Shown here: one piece after another, positions 49,946 through 61,910 of the stretch
Layout: every line of letters begins with the position of its first letter
How positions within the stretch are numbered: the first letter of the stretch is position 1
Source of the DNA: Trichosphaerium sp. ATCC 40318
Taxonomy: Eukaryota > Protista > Tubulinea
Direction of reading: 5' to 3'
Assembly: GCA_038496445.1 (NCBI GenBank)
Contig: JALMLS010000039.1
Coordinates: 1 to 64,000 of the forward strand
Length of the DNA: 64,000 bases
Translations under genes and position numbers: made by a program
The notes under the pieces: model-generated
Told to the model about the DNA's origin: nothing
The model's input: the letters and a program-made list of their open reading frames with translations, nothing else
Database searches by the model: none

Positions 49946-51969
49946 TCATTGATCATCTTGTACTGTCCGGTCATTGTACATAGCACGTATCTCAAGCTCA
50001 TAAACGGGCACCACCTGGTTGGAAGAGTATATGAACCATTCCATGTATCGAGGGGAGCTGTTACTATCGTATCCAGGAGTAGGTTGCAGTCCGGGTGTTT
50101 TCTAAGTAAACAATCAAACAATGACCACTAGCTTTAGTTTACATACTTTGTTGAGAAGGTTAGTTTTGCCTGGAAGTACATGAAACATGAGCACTTTAAC
50201 AGTGTCACCTGATCTCATAGGCGTGATTAATCCATTTGGGCGAGAGTATTTAAGACAGTAGTCTACATATCGTGATACATAGATTCCCTTTGTACCATCA
50301 CCAAACCATCCTGTTTTTAATAGTTTTTAGTTGAAACAAAAGTAAAAACTTCCACTTCCACGCACCACTGTCAGTCGCAGTAGTACTGTTGTTTTCACTA
50401 TGACCAATAGGAAGTAGACCGCTTCTATACACCACAGTTAGTGCACATGTTGATAATATCTATCAATTGGAATCGTACTTGCAAATACTCTCAATGAACT
50501 CTTTACTATCTCCATGTAATTGTTGCTTCATCTTTTCGTATGCGTCTCTAGGTTAATTTTAGACACAAAGCATCTTTTTGTAAATACCTGAGTTTGGAGT
50601 TATGAATACGGCGAGCACCAACAAGGATGAATATGAGCGGTTTGGGTAGGTGCGGTAGATTGTAAACAGCAATATGATTGTTCGTTGCTGCCTTAACTTC
50701 TTTTTCCAAGTCTGTAAACTCTTTTGAGTTTTTAGATACTATGATCCCAGTAAATATACGATTACATATGAGTGAGTGCCTACCTTGTTCTAACAGTGTT
50801 GACTGATGACTAGATGCACCTATTTGTAATTGTTAACATAGTGTTAGGTGTTTGTTTTAGTGCCTTGTTTCAGGTCCTCGATGTACTGTAGAATTTTGTT
50901 TACATACCCTAAGGGTACTTTAAGCAAGATGAGCGTTGTTTTATCAAGAGCCAAAAAGTCACAACCACTACAAAATGTCAGTAACAAGCTGATTTGCATA
51001 GAAAAATACTAATGCATACCTCAATTTTTGTGCTTCCAATATATCAACGACCTTAGGCTCAATCCTGTTGAGTACGTATAATACCTGATCACATGTCCAC
51101 ATAGATGGCGCTATTGACCTGTTTTTACCAATGTATGAGATAGTAAGTGGTTCAGGGGCGAATGTTACTTTGTACTCATCAAGAAAAGTGATCAACTTTT
51201 TTTTGTCACTTATCCATTTCGCTTCTAGTGTTTTCTCGCCAGGGAGTGTTAATTTGCAATCTGAAACCGGGTTATTCAATATCCAATCAACATCCTATAT
51301 TGTACCATCAAGGAAATAAACACATCCACAGATGAGCCTGCTGTTTTTAAATTCACCTTTGTATTTAGCTCCATCTGGCCATGTACGCTCTCCTTTGCCA
51401 TCATATTTGCTATCTTTAAATTCGCCAACATACTTCTTTCCATTTGGCCATGTCTTCTCTCCTTTGCCATGTAATTTGCTATCTTTAAATTCACCAACAT
51501 ACTTCTTTCCATCTGGCCATGTCTTCTCTCCTTTGCCATTAAATTTGCCATCTTTAAATTCACCAATGTACTTTCTTCCATCCCGGAATGTATATTCTCC
51601 TTTGCCATTAAATGTGCCTTTAAATTCGCCAACATACTTTCTTCCATCAGGCAATGTCTCCTCTCCTTGGCCATGAAATTTGCCATCTTTAAATTGGCCT
51701 TTGTACTTTCTTCCATCCCGGAATGTATATTCTCCTTTGCCATTAAAAGTGTTATCTTTAAATTCGCCAACATACTCTCTTCCATCTGAGAATGTATATA
51801 CCCCTTTGCCATTAAATTCACCATCTTTAAATTCGCCAACATACTTTCTTTTATCTGGGGATGAAATTTCTCCTTCGCCGTCAAATTTGTTATCTTTAAA
51901 TTCACCAACATATTTCGTGCCACTAGCATTCGTTCTCTCTCCAGTATACCTTTGCGTATAATTTCCCAT
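49946..51969 (-). pseudogene. MORN + SAM + ADP-ribosyltransferase, copy C (9 MORN units); premature stop and loss of catalytic His
   Basis: TAG at 51295-51297 right after the MORN array (TGC in A/B), and an in-frame 30-bp deletion of GFHGTSPSNL at ~50492. Confidence 0.85.
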
Positions 51970-52623
51970 TCGCTGTAGTAATAAAGAGCGCAGGCAATCT
52001 AAATCTTTGTGCTCACGTGACTACAATGTATGAGTGCTGTACGTCAAGTCAAATGCTGTCACAATACAAATAGTCTATTTATCGTCAAAACCGCTCAAAA
52101 GCCTCAGAAAACCATACCGCGCATAATATACCTCTCATGACATCATCTGTCAAAAAAAAAAGACAAGGAAATGTTCGATTTAAAAGCCATTTTTTCTAAC
52201 CTCTGTGAGTACTCCCAATACGCTTTCTTACGCGTAAAGAAACATTTATAATACTAGGTATCCCAAACTATGCGCTATTACAGCTATTAATTTTAATAAA
52301 GCATACAAGGTGTGGGCAGGCTACTCACACGCTACGAGAGTGTGTTTAACTATTTTTTGTACCTTTACAGAGCTAATAAACATAAACACATTTAAAGTCA
52401 CGATAACTCACTACAACAGCGTTAATATTGCACCCAAGTACAAACAAATAAGCTGTGTGGCTACACCTATATATCAATATTTTCAGGAAACAGATTCACT
52501 CAAAGCACTATTACGTTGGAACAGACACTGTAATTATAGATGTTTTTATTGTAACAACAAAATTGTGCGCCACAGTTTTTTATGAAATTTAATATTATTT
52601 GACACGTGATCAAATGCAACGCA

Positions 52624-54335
52624 ATGAAAATGACTTGGCTAGCACTGGTTATCTTACACTGGTACCAGTTTCCTCGTTTGAATTTGTACCAGCAATTCAT
52701 TGAAAGTTCTGCGAAGCTAACTCTGTCAGAGTGTCTAACGAAAATTAGTAAGCACCAAGAATCAAACCTTGGTACCAAATGGAGCAGAAAAAAATACTAC
52801 ATACAAGTGCAAGGTTTTGAGATTCACACATCTTGGTGGCGGCAAACGTACACAAATAAAACAGGTAGTACTATATTGTTCCTTAGCAAAACACAAAAGA
52901 TACTTTTTTTGAGATAGATGCGTGTAGATAATAGGTCCCAAAACATCTAAAAAAAAAGGGCGAAAGTCAACAGCATTCGTGCAATTCGAAGTCATCAAAC
53001 GGGTTTGGTACTTCCGTTAGTTGTACTTTATTTAACCCTCTTTCTTTACTTCTAACGCGTTCTAACACCACAACTAACCTATTAAACCCCAACTAACACA
53101 ATACTAATTCCACAACCTAAACACTATTCCTAACACCTCTAACCTTCCTACTTACTACACCTAACACTTACTAACAACGAAATACCTCTTTTAACGTCAA
53201 AAATCATGAAACTAAACCCGTTTTGCCTAAAAAGGTTCCGTAACACCAAGACCTACTCCAAAGCCAACACAAAAGCCTACTACACCTCCTCCAACACCAC
53301 AACCAACAGCACCTCCTACACCAAAACCAACAACGATGGCACCTCCACCACCAACAAAACCAGCTTGTAAACCAACTAAAACATGCTGCAACCAAAACGT
53401 TCGTTGTGGAACAATAGACAACGGATGCGGTACCCAAATCGCTTGTGGTATGTGCGGAAACGGAGCAACGTGCCAATCAGGACAATGCAGATGTACACCT
53501 AAATCTTGCTGCGACTTGGGCAACGTATGCGGTATTCAAAGCGACGGATGCGGTAACACTCTAAACTGCGGAGATTGCTCTAAACCAACGCTACCTGAGC
53601 CTATGATGACAACAGAAGCTCCACCTCCACCTAGACAGACGACTAAAGCTCCTACACCTCCACTTGTAAGGATGGGAAGCGGTAGAATCGAAGCTGAGAA
53701 CTACGACAGCTATTCTGATGATACTTCTCCAAACAACAATGGTACGACAAATATCTATTCTGCAAGTATGTGATTGTTTTTCTTAGGTGGTAAGGGTAAG
53801 GATGACGCTGTTGATAAACAAGAAACAAGCGATATTGGCGGTGGTTTGAATGTTGGTTGGACTGACCCTGGTGAGAAGCTCAACTACAAGGTCAATCTTC
53901 CATCAAGCGGTCGCTTTGTATGCAAAGGTAAGAACAACAGTTTTGTCATAATTTCTCTTTGGCAAAAAGACCAAAAAAAGAAAAAAATGCGAAAAGGTTC
54001 TTTATTTCTTATTCCCTTCTTCTTTTTTAGTTCGCGTTGCTACTAACCAAGAGATGAATCCTAAGATATGGCTTACTATTAATGGAAGAAGAATTGATGT
54101 CAATCTACCTTACACTGATGGTGCGTAAATTTTTTTCCTTTTTTTTTTTTCTTCGAAAATATTGAAAAATAAGTGTTGTTCATTTGTTTGCTTACTTCTT
54201 ATTCTAGGTTGGCAAACATGGAGAACACATACTGTTAATTTACCTTCAGCTCTTGGAGCAGGTATTCAAGATGTTACTATTGAGATGAGAACAAGTGGTA
54301 TTAACCTCAACTGGTTCGAATTTACTCCGATCTAA
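52624..54335 (+). CDS. Probably secreted protein: Pro/Thr linker, Cys-rich repeats, C-terminal CBM6 (5' exons uncertain)
   Basis: PTPKPTQKPTTPPP linker; two CxPxxCC...CGxxxxGCGxxxxCGxC units; RIEAENYD...GGGLNVGWTDPGEKLNYKV...TDGWQTW...INLNWFEF* typical of CBM6. Confidence 0.8.
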
Positions 54336-54712
54336 AATCAGTTCGCATTCATGCACAGAACAACACAATAAGTTGTACACCTCTTTTTCATTGCAATCAA
54401 GAAATGTACCAATTATTAATCAAACTTCATCAAACGAAATGTCCACGTTAGTCTTCATTTTCGCGAAGAAATACCCGTTAGCCTAAAAGCGCTTGTAAAC
54501 ACAAAAAACCTTCGTGATTTACTTGGCGTTCACGGTTACTTGAGAGCCTGACAGGATAACCGTCGTTTAAATGCAAGTGTGAGAATATACTGGGCAGCGT
54601 TTAAACGGATTACATTAATGCTAATCACAGAATGAGCAACTTAAGCCGAAATGTGTTAAAACACCCTTTTAATACCCTAGTGTGAAAGCTCTTCCCGTTA
54701 CTTCCTTATAAC

Positions 54713-55854
54713 ATGGTATTGACGCCTTTTCAAAGATGTCAAAGGTATTTTGGTTAATTTTGGTTTAGCGTTTCCCTAGACCGCTTAAAGTTGCTTTCGT
54801 TGGCGTTTTCTACATCATACTAGCTCGATTTATGCCACTACAAGCGCTTCCTGCAGCAGCTCGTTTATTTCTTGTATACTACTGGTACTACGCCGCTGTG
54901 TGCTATTTTTTAGCGTCCGCAGGCACTTATTTACGTACAACGTGGTGGCTTGGGTGAGATTATGTGAATTTGTGTTTTTTTGCTAAACGTTTTTTCAGTA
55001 AAAATCCAAAAACTGGTTCATTGGCGACTTGGAGCTACCTTATATGGTTCCCGTTTCTTCAAACTATATACACATATATATTCTTCTTTCGATACATGCT
55101 CCATGGTAGCAGAGTACCAGTAAGTTCTCCATTAAATGACCAAACTAAAAAAAAATTCCTCTAAAAAAGGTTGTAACGAAAATCGAAGATGGCTTGTACT
55201 TGGGTGGATTTCCAGCTTTCTGGAGGTTTACAGACTACCCAAAGAAATCACCTTATAGCGCTATAGTAGATATGACTTGTGAGGTACGATTGTAGGCGTG
55301 TTTTTGTCCAAACTGGTTACAATTGAGTTTTAATAAAACTTGAATAGATTCCTCAACAATACAAGTGGCGACATTACATCAACGTACCACTTTGGGATGG
55401 TACAGCACCTACTCCAATACAAGTACAAACATGCGTTGATTGGATAACAAAGCAAAGAAATGCAGATAGAGGTGTTCTAGTGCATTGTGGGTTTGGTATT
55501 GGAAGGAGTTCAACAATAGTCATTGCGTATTTAATTTCAAACGGTAATACTATTTGTCACGTGTTACAAGCATATAATCCATACTTTGGTTTTTTCTTTT
55601 TTCCTATTTTCTCAAGTAGCACGGAGTTGTTGTTCGTGAAAGGGTTGACATGACTCTGTTGCTCAATCGTTTTTTTCATTGAGACTTTTTTACAATTTTT
55701 TGTTTTTCTCGTCTGTTAGTACTCACTTTGTGGTTTAGGTTCTTTTGAGACAATTGATGAGGCATATATGTATCTAAAATCAAAAAGATCTATTGTTCAT
55801 ATAAACACTAGTTATCGCAAAGCACTTCAGTTGTGGCTAGATAATAATAAATAA
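54713..55854 (+). CDS. Membrane-anchored dual-specificity phosphatase (YnbD-like)
   Basis: Hydrophobic N-terminal exons, KNPKTGSLATWSYLIWFPF, GLYLGGFP, IVDMTCE, VPLWDGTAP and catalytic VLVHCGFGIGRS (HCX5R). Confidence 0.88.
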
Positions 55855-58800
55855 TAAAAACTAATATATTCTCACTATTCAAAACAAATGTACACAATAA
55901 CGAAAGAAACAACGTTTCTAGCAAGGCCTACTAGAGACACTGTAGCAACCATAGTTTTTCTTATATTGTTAATCTTTACAAGTGAAAGTGTTTATTTTCT
56001 TTGAACATAGTTTGTACACCATTTTCTTGATTGATCAGCTCTTCCGAAGATATAAATAGTACAAGAGAATCTATTTATATAATTTTAAAGTGTCCGTGTC
56101 CATTGCATGAGAAACACCATTTGAGCCGTTATATGATGTCACGTTTGACTACTTATCATCGAACTTACAGCAACCTAAAGAAAGACAACGTGACATAAAA
56201 AAATTGTAATAAAACGACTTAGACATTAATTCTATCTACGTTTACCAACACAACAACTTTGATTTATGTTACAGCAACGCAATATAAGGACACTAATCTT
56301 GTATTTAACTTTCCTTATTAATAAGAAAAGGCAAGCTACACACATAAAGGCTAATGGTATTGAGAAGATGTAACCAATTTTATTCTAAACTAAACTACAT
56401 ATGATTCTTGCAAAGTCATCCATTAATATACGCTTTCACAGCTTCAATAAACTCAACACTGTCCAAACGTAGGCTCTTAGTACGTTCTCGTGCATAGAAC
56501 GAACAATCCACCCTGCTGCCCTCCTGTCGCAATGTGTTTTGTACAAACTCACCTGCGGACTTCCAACGAGCTTCGTTCTTTGCTTTAAAGGTATAGCATG
56601 GACTTGTATTATTCTTGGTGATTGTCACCCAACTAAAAGGAAATAAGTGGTTTGTGGTGGCGAAATAAAAGCGCAGAGAAGGCGTACTTGTTTATAGCTT
56701 TACGCACACTCTGTGTATCACGGGGATTGTGGTTTTTATATGGCTTAAGTAGCACCATGGAAAGTAAGAATAAGTTAGGATCGCTAAACAAACAAAAGAT
56801 ATAAATAGAGATCCCGCCAAACAGGTTTGCAAAATGAGCCAAGTTAAGTAAAAAAAATGAGCTATTTTCCACCACAGAGGCGCCAAAACATGTGAGTTTG
56901 GGGGTTTTTTTTTTGCTCGTACTACACTTCAAAGACCTTTTCGCTTAGCTTTCTTACACCCAATTCGAGAACCTACAAACAAAAATTGGTTTAGATTATT
57001 GATTGAACTACCCGTACCACTACTAGGACTAATACTATTAGTGCACTGTTGTTGGATTTGCCTAGGAGCTGAAACATGTTTTCTAAAGCGAAGTATGAGC
57101 AAGACAGATACTTTTTGATAGAACAATGTACGTACTGCTTGAGTTTTCTTGTAATACAATTATAGGGGTATCCAAACGAGTTTTGTTTAGTTCATTGTTG
57201 GTCTGAACTCTAACTGACTCGGGAAGGCCTGATACAAGACTCATTACTAAACGTTGGTGTTAGAGAATAGCACCAAAAGGTCAACAAAACAAACATCAAT
57301 ACATAGCACATTATTGAACGGAAACAAGGATGGAAGAGCAAAAGTGTAAGTTATAGCGTAGAAAATGATTTCAAAATCACAACGAAAAAAGGCTTTGGAG
57401 CACTCGGAATTCTGTGAAAAGTAAAAAGTCGTTCAGTTTTGTTAAATGACGGTTTTCACAAGAATGAGTCTAGCTTTATACACTACTACGCATAGAGTAC
57501 TACTATAAAAATTAGAGCGCCAGTAGGGGAGCTTTAAGCAAAACAACTTTGGTATTCTGGTTCAATGCCACCGAAGTCTTTTAGCGCTTCTAGCTTAAGT
57601 AAGGCAGAAAACTCGCAAAGTTTTGAGGGTGGGATTTTGTCAACAAATATTTGTCCGAATCGTTGGTTACAGCCAATTTCACTTTTGTTGTAGTCAACCT
57701 TTTAAACATGTACATAGCAACAGGAGGAGGGCGTTTTTGAAAACAGTTGGCTTACGTTTGTTTTTTTTTTATGCTACAGCGTACCTGTAAGCTTCTTCTG
57801 GTATAATGGGCCACTTTGCGTGTTCTGCACTACGTCCGTATTTTTATATCTTACTTCCGCAATATGTTGGCTCATTCCAGTAAAGAGCTCTTCCACATAA
57901 GGTGGAACAACTAAGTTTTGAGCTGGTGCAGTTGCCATACAGATTTGATTATTCGGTCAAATGACATGCGAGAAAGGTGTGAACGTTTTCTCGCAACCAT
58001 AAATAAAACGAAGAAACACAAACTAAACGCACGTGATGCTTTCCAAAACTATTATCAAAATTACAATGCTTTTTGTGCTTCTCAATCTGGTACTTCAATT
58101 TTTGTTTTTTTCAGTGACGGTGTGTCCTTCAACTAACACCACTTTATGAAAAAAAAAAAACCTAAAGCTGTTTTTTCATTTTAGTCTTCTCAGTGCCGCT
58201 GTGCAGGTATTGCATTTTGGTATTTATTGGTAGGTATCAATGGTAGTATTATAGAAATACAAAGAGTTATTTCAAGTTACGTTACGTTGTGATTTCAAAA
58301 GAGTTTTCATGTTCGGTGTTAAGGCTTAGTACAGAAAACTCTCACGCCCAAAGTTAAAAAAAAAGTCACTAGACGACTCAAAGGCTAGTGGCTCGCATGA
58401 GCTTCGCTGTTATAAGAAAACGTAGCACAAATTTATTTACTGAATATTTCTAAGTGGCTTGAAATGGGCTTTCAACCACTCTGTCTGTAGAAATTTATAA
58501 ATTTTATAGCGTTTAAGACTACTTTTAATCGAAAGGAAGTACCTGGTGGTTCAAAAATAAGCCAACAATTTTTTTCTTTACTGAATGAAGTTCTAAAGCG
58601 CTGACCAGTCTGAAAACCGATATTGAAACCTGGATCGGTATTTGCCACCTCTAAGCACAAAACGGTTTACTTCTTGGCACAAAAAAGCGATATTCGTCAC
58701 GTGCTTCCTAAACGCCACAGAAACTTATAGGCATCACTTTTTCTGCGTAGAACTACTTATTGCTAGATTGTTTGCGCTAATAGAACTAGTGTTGCTGGTT

Positions 58801-59417
58801 TTTTACTATCACTCCACAAAAGCGTTCAAAGTCATATTGTAGGTGCGTGTAGTACAGTCAACCTATCAATTCGGCGTGTATTTTTGCCCAAGCTGTAAAG
58901 GCCTTTTTTTCCATGGTGTAAAAGCTACATCGTGACAAGCAAACAGCGTGAAGAACTACGAGAGGGTCACATTTTAAACGATACGAGGTGAGTTTTTAAA
59001 GCAGTTTAAACTAATATTGAGATTTACAGACACTTGGGAACTGTTCTCCTATCTATACATAAAAAATTCGAAGAGTTCAAGTATATATTCACAAAATGAT
59101 TTTGGTGCAAAGTTTTGTAGAGGAATCTGTGAGGGTACGAAGTACGATTTAGTGAGCCGACAGAATCTAAGCAAACACCGAATAAAACTTTTAAGTAAAG
59201 TTGTGTGATAAAAAACTGATGTTAAAAAAAGACTGAGTTTTAGTTTACCTGGTAGAGGAAAAGTACAGGCCTACCTTTTGTCAAGAAGTGCCAAAACTTG
59301 TGATGAGTTCTTACGTAAATTAATACAACGGAGCTCTTTCGCTAGTTTCATTTGCACACCTTTAGGTGAGGATCACCAAGCTTTTCAGTAAGAAGGCCTT
59401 GAGAGAAATCTGTATGT

Positions 59418-60600
59418 CTACGTATATGGATAAATACGGTCTCACCATGATGGTATGATTGTCAACACCACTACCAAAATTACAAGAAGAAATACAACTA
59501 CAATTACAATCACTACTGGCAACACCGGGAAATCAGAGCCACTGTCTGATTGTGTTGAGCAGGATGAAGAAAACAATACAACTAAACTTCCAATTGTATC
59601 TGTTTGGAGATTAACTACACTTTCAGCTTGTTGTTATTACGTACTTTGTTTAAAGCATGAGTTAATGTCTGAAAGTGATATGTTTTGTTTATCAATGATG
59701 CAATCATCTCTAAAGTTCATGAATGTCAACGAATCAATACTCACTGCAGTTGTATCAACGACTATGTTTTCTTTAAAATAAGCCATCCCCTATTGAGATT
59801 GATGAGTTAGAACCAACAACAATCACTGTATTCTCTGCAAACACGACATCTCCTATATTTTGGTTATGACACGTGTTATAACAATTAGCTGTACCTAACG
59901 TGGCATAGGTTGTTCCAACTACAGAAAAGATGCCATCAATGACAGCTATATGGCTAGGCGATACGGTGCTTGCAGCTGTAGTAGGGGTAATTGTAGGTAT
60001 ACTAGTACATAAAGTCTGCCTTTCTAAGCTACATGGGACGTCATTAATACCTAGACACAGTCAACTGTAGAAACAATGTAAATGCATACCAAAAGCTGCT
60101 TCCATCATAAGACATCGTTCTTGACTGCCAGCACCATCACCAAGCTAGGCTCATCGTGGTTCATAAAGTACTTGACTAAAAACGTATGAATGTTCTCATT
60201 TGCACCAACAAGAAATAGATCAGTTTGTAAAATAGGTTTTTGACTATTCTGCCTTGTGAAAGATGATAATGCTTCTTCACATGTTCCACAATCCCTTTGC
60301 ATATTACGGCAGTCTTGACAGGCGTTCATTGCATAATCTTTATTTCACCACGATGCGCATTAAGCCACGCTGTTGGAGCCGCTCAGTGATTCTGTCTTGT
60401 TAAAAGCTCAAAATCATTTTCAGTAAGCATCTCTGGCAACATATCTCCACTAATCACAGTTAGATTATACTCATAAGGTAATCTAATCTTCCACTGTGTA
60501 AGTGGAATATATACTTGAGTGCAACTACATTTTGTGTAAGAAGTCATGTTATCAGCTTTGAAAATTAGTCCTAAAGCAATGGAGATAATAGTAAGTTTTT
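59418..60600 (-). pseudogene. C-type lectin transmembrane receptor pseudogene
   Basis: Pieces across frames: ELLTRQNH*AAPTAWLNA, HDEPS/GDGAGSQERCLMMEAAFG|INDVPCSLERQTLC (CTL end), Thr-rich stalk, beta domain, TM VLPVVIVIVVVFLLVILVVVLTII, then PSW*DRIYPYT*. Several stops and frameshifts. Confidence 0.65.
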
Positions 60601-60726
60601 CTTACTGATTAATAGAACTTTATTAGAGCAACAACTACTTACATATTGCACATGACGTGAAATAATTTTGCTGCATGTTTCCAAGCTAATTAATTTTGCA
60701 CCTGCCACTGCCTATTACTACAACCG

Positions 60727-61578
60727 TTATTTATTGATAGTGTGTGCACCTGCCAATGCCTTCAAACCTTCATCTGTTACATCTGTATATGATAAATTAA
60801 TATCATGTACACCTGCCAATGCCGCAATGCCATTGTCTGTTATTGCCTTACAACAATATAGGTTGATAGTGTGTACACCTGCCAATGCCTTCAAACCTTC
60901 ATCTGTTACATTTGTATATGATAAATCAATATCATGTACACCTGTCAATGCCGCAATGCCATTGTCTGTTATTGCCTTACAACAATATAGGTTGATAGTG
61001 TGTACACCTGCCAATGCCTTCAAACCTTCATCTGTTACATCTGTATATGATAAATCAATATCATGTACACCTGCCAATGCCGCAATGCCATTGTCTGTTA
61101 TTGACATACAACCACATAGGTTGATATCATGTACACCTGTCAATGCCGCAATGCCATTGTCTGTTATTGCCTCACAATAATATAGGTTGATAGTGTGTAC
61201 GCCTGCCAATGCCTTCAAACCTTCATCTGTTACTTTTGTACATGATAAATCAATATCATGTACACCTGTCAATGCCGCAATAATGTCGTTTGGTAGCTCA
61301 CATCGGTTGAGATCAATAGTTGTATTGTGGAGTAACGGACTACCAGAAAGCATCTGAACTTCATTTGTGTTTTTAATATGGATACGACCATACCCAACAT
61401 GGTTATGAACAATATCTCGTAAAAAATGGCACGTTTGGGCTGTACGAAGTGTATACGTCCCTTGTTTGATAATATGGACTATTAACTCAATTGGTAGCCC
61501 AACAAGGTCGAATACTTGGTTGAACTGTGTTTGTTGTTTTTTCTTTTCCATTGTATGATCAATGTCAATTTTCGTCAA
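60727..61578 (-). CDS. Intronless F-box/LRR protein with near-identical alternating 21/22-aa repeats
   Basis: LVGLPIELIVHII F-box; repeats VHDIDLSYTxVTDEGLKALAG and VHTINLYCCKAITDNGIAALxG; the ORF ends mid-repeat. Confidence 0.85.
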   Translation of the reverse strand: MTKIDIDHTMEKKKQQTQFNQVFDLVGLPIELIVHIIKQGTYTLRTAQTCHFLRDIVHNHVGYGRIHIKNTNEVQMLSGSPLLHNTTIDLNRCELPNDIIAALTGVHDIDLSCTKVTDEGLKALAGVHTINLYYCEAITDNGIAALTGVHDINLCGCMSITDNGIAALAGVHDIDLSYTDVTDEGLKALAGVHTINLYCCKAITDNGIAALTGVHDIDLSYTNVTDEGLKALAGVHTINLYCCKAITDNGIAALAGVHDINLSYTDVTDEGLKALAGAHTINK

Positions 61579-61910
61579 ATAATCGTACTAAATAGCGTAC
61601 AAGTGTTGCGAGCACAAGTATACTGCGAGAAAAGTTAATTTATTATCTAAAAAAGGTGGCTTAATGCGTGGTCTACCTTAATCTCATGAATTTACAAACG
61701 TAAAGTTGTTATTTTGGTATCAAGTTCATTGGAGTTATTAAGGACTTCATGTCACGCAGTGACGTAATGGAACATCTTCTCAATGTTGTTTGTTTTAATC
61801 AATTTCTACACTCGTAAACTTAAAAATCCACAAAAAAAAAACAAGAAAAGCAAAAGTGGATATTGATTGGGAAAGCAAGTTTTTACTTTTATTTTGAATT
61901 ACTGTTATAT

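Noticed and set aside
51295-51297. Possible stop-codon reassignment (in-frame TAG)
   Set aside because: TAG, TAA and TGA all end conserved genes here (CDC5L/14-3-3, TOR, LRR), and this copy has a second independent lesion.
55900-59400. Scattered 60-100-aa ORFs
   Set aside because: No coherent splice model, domain motif, TIR or TSD found by eye.
60668-61180. 170-aa plus-strand repeat ORF
   Set aside because: Antisense shadow of the F-box-LRR repeats.
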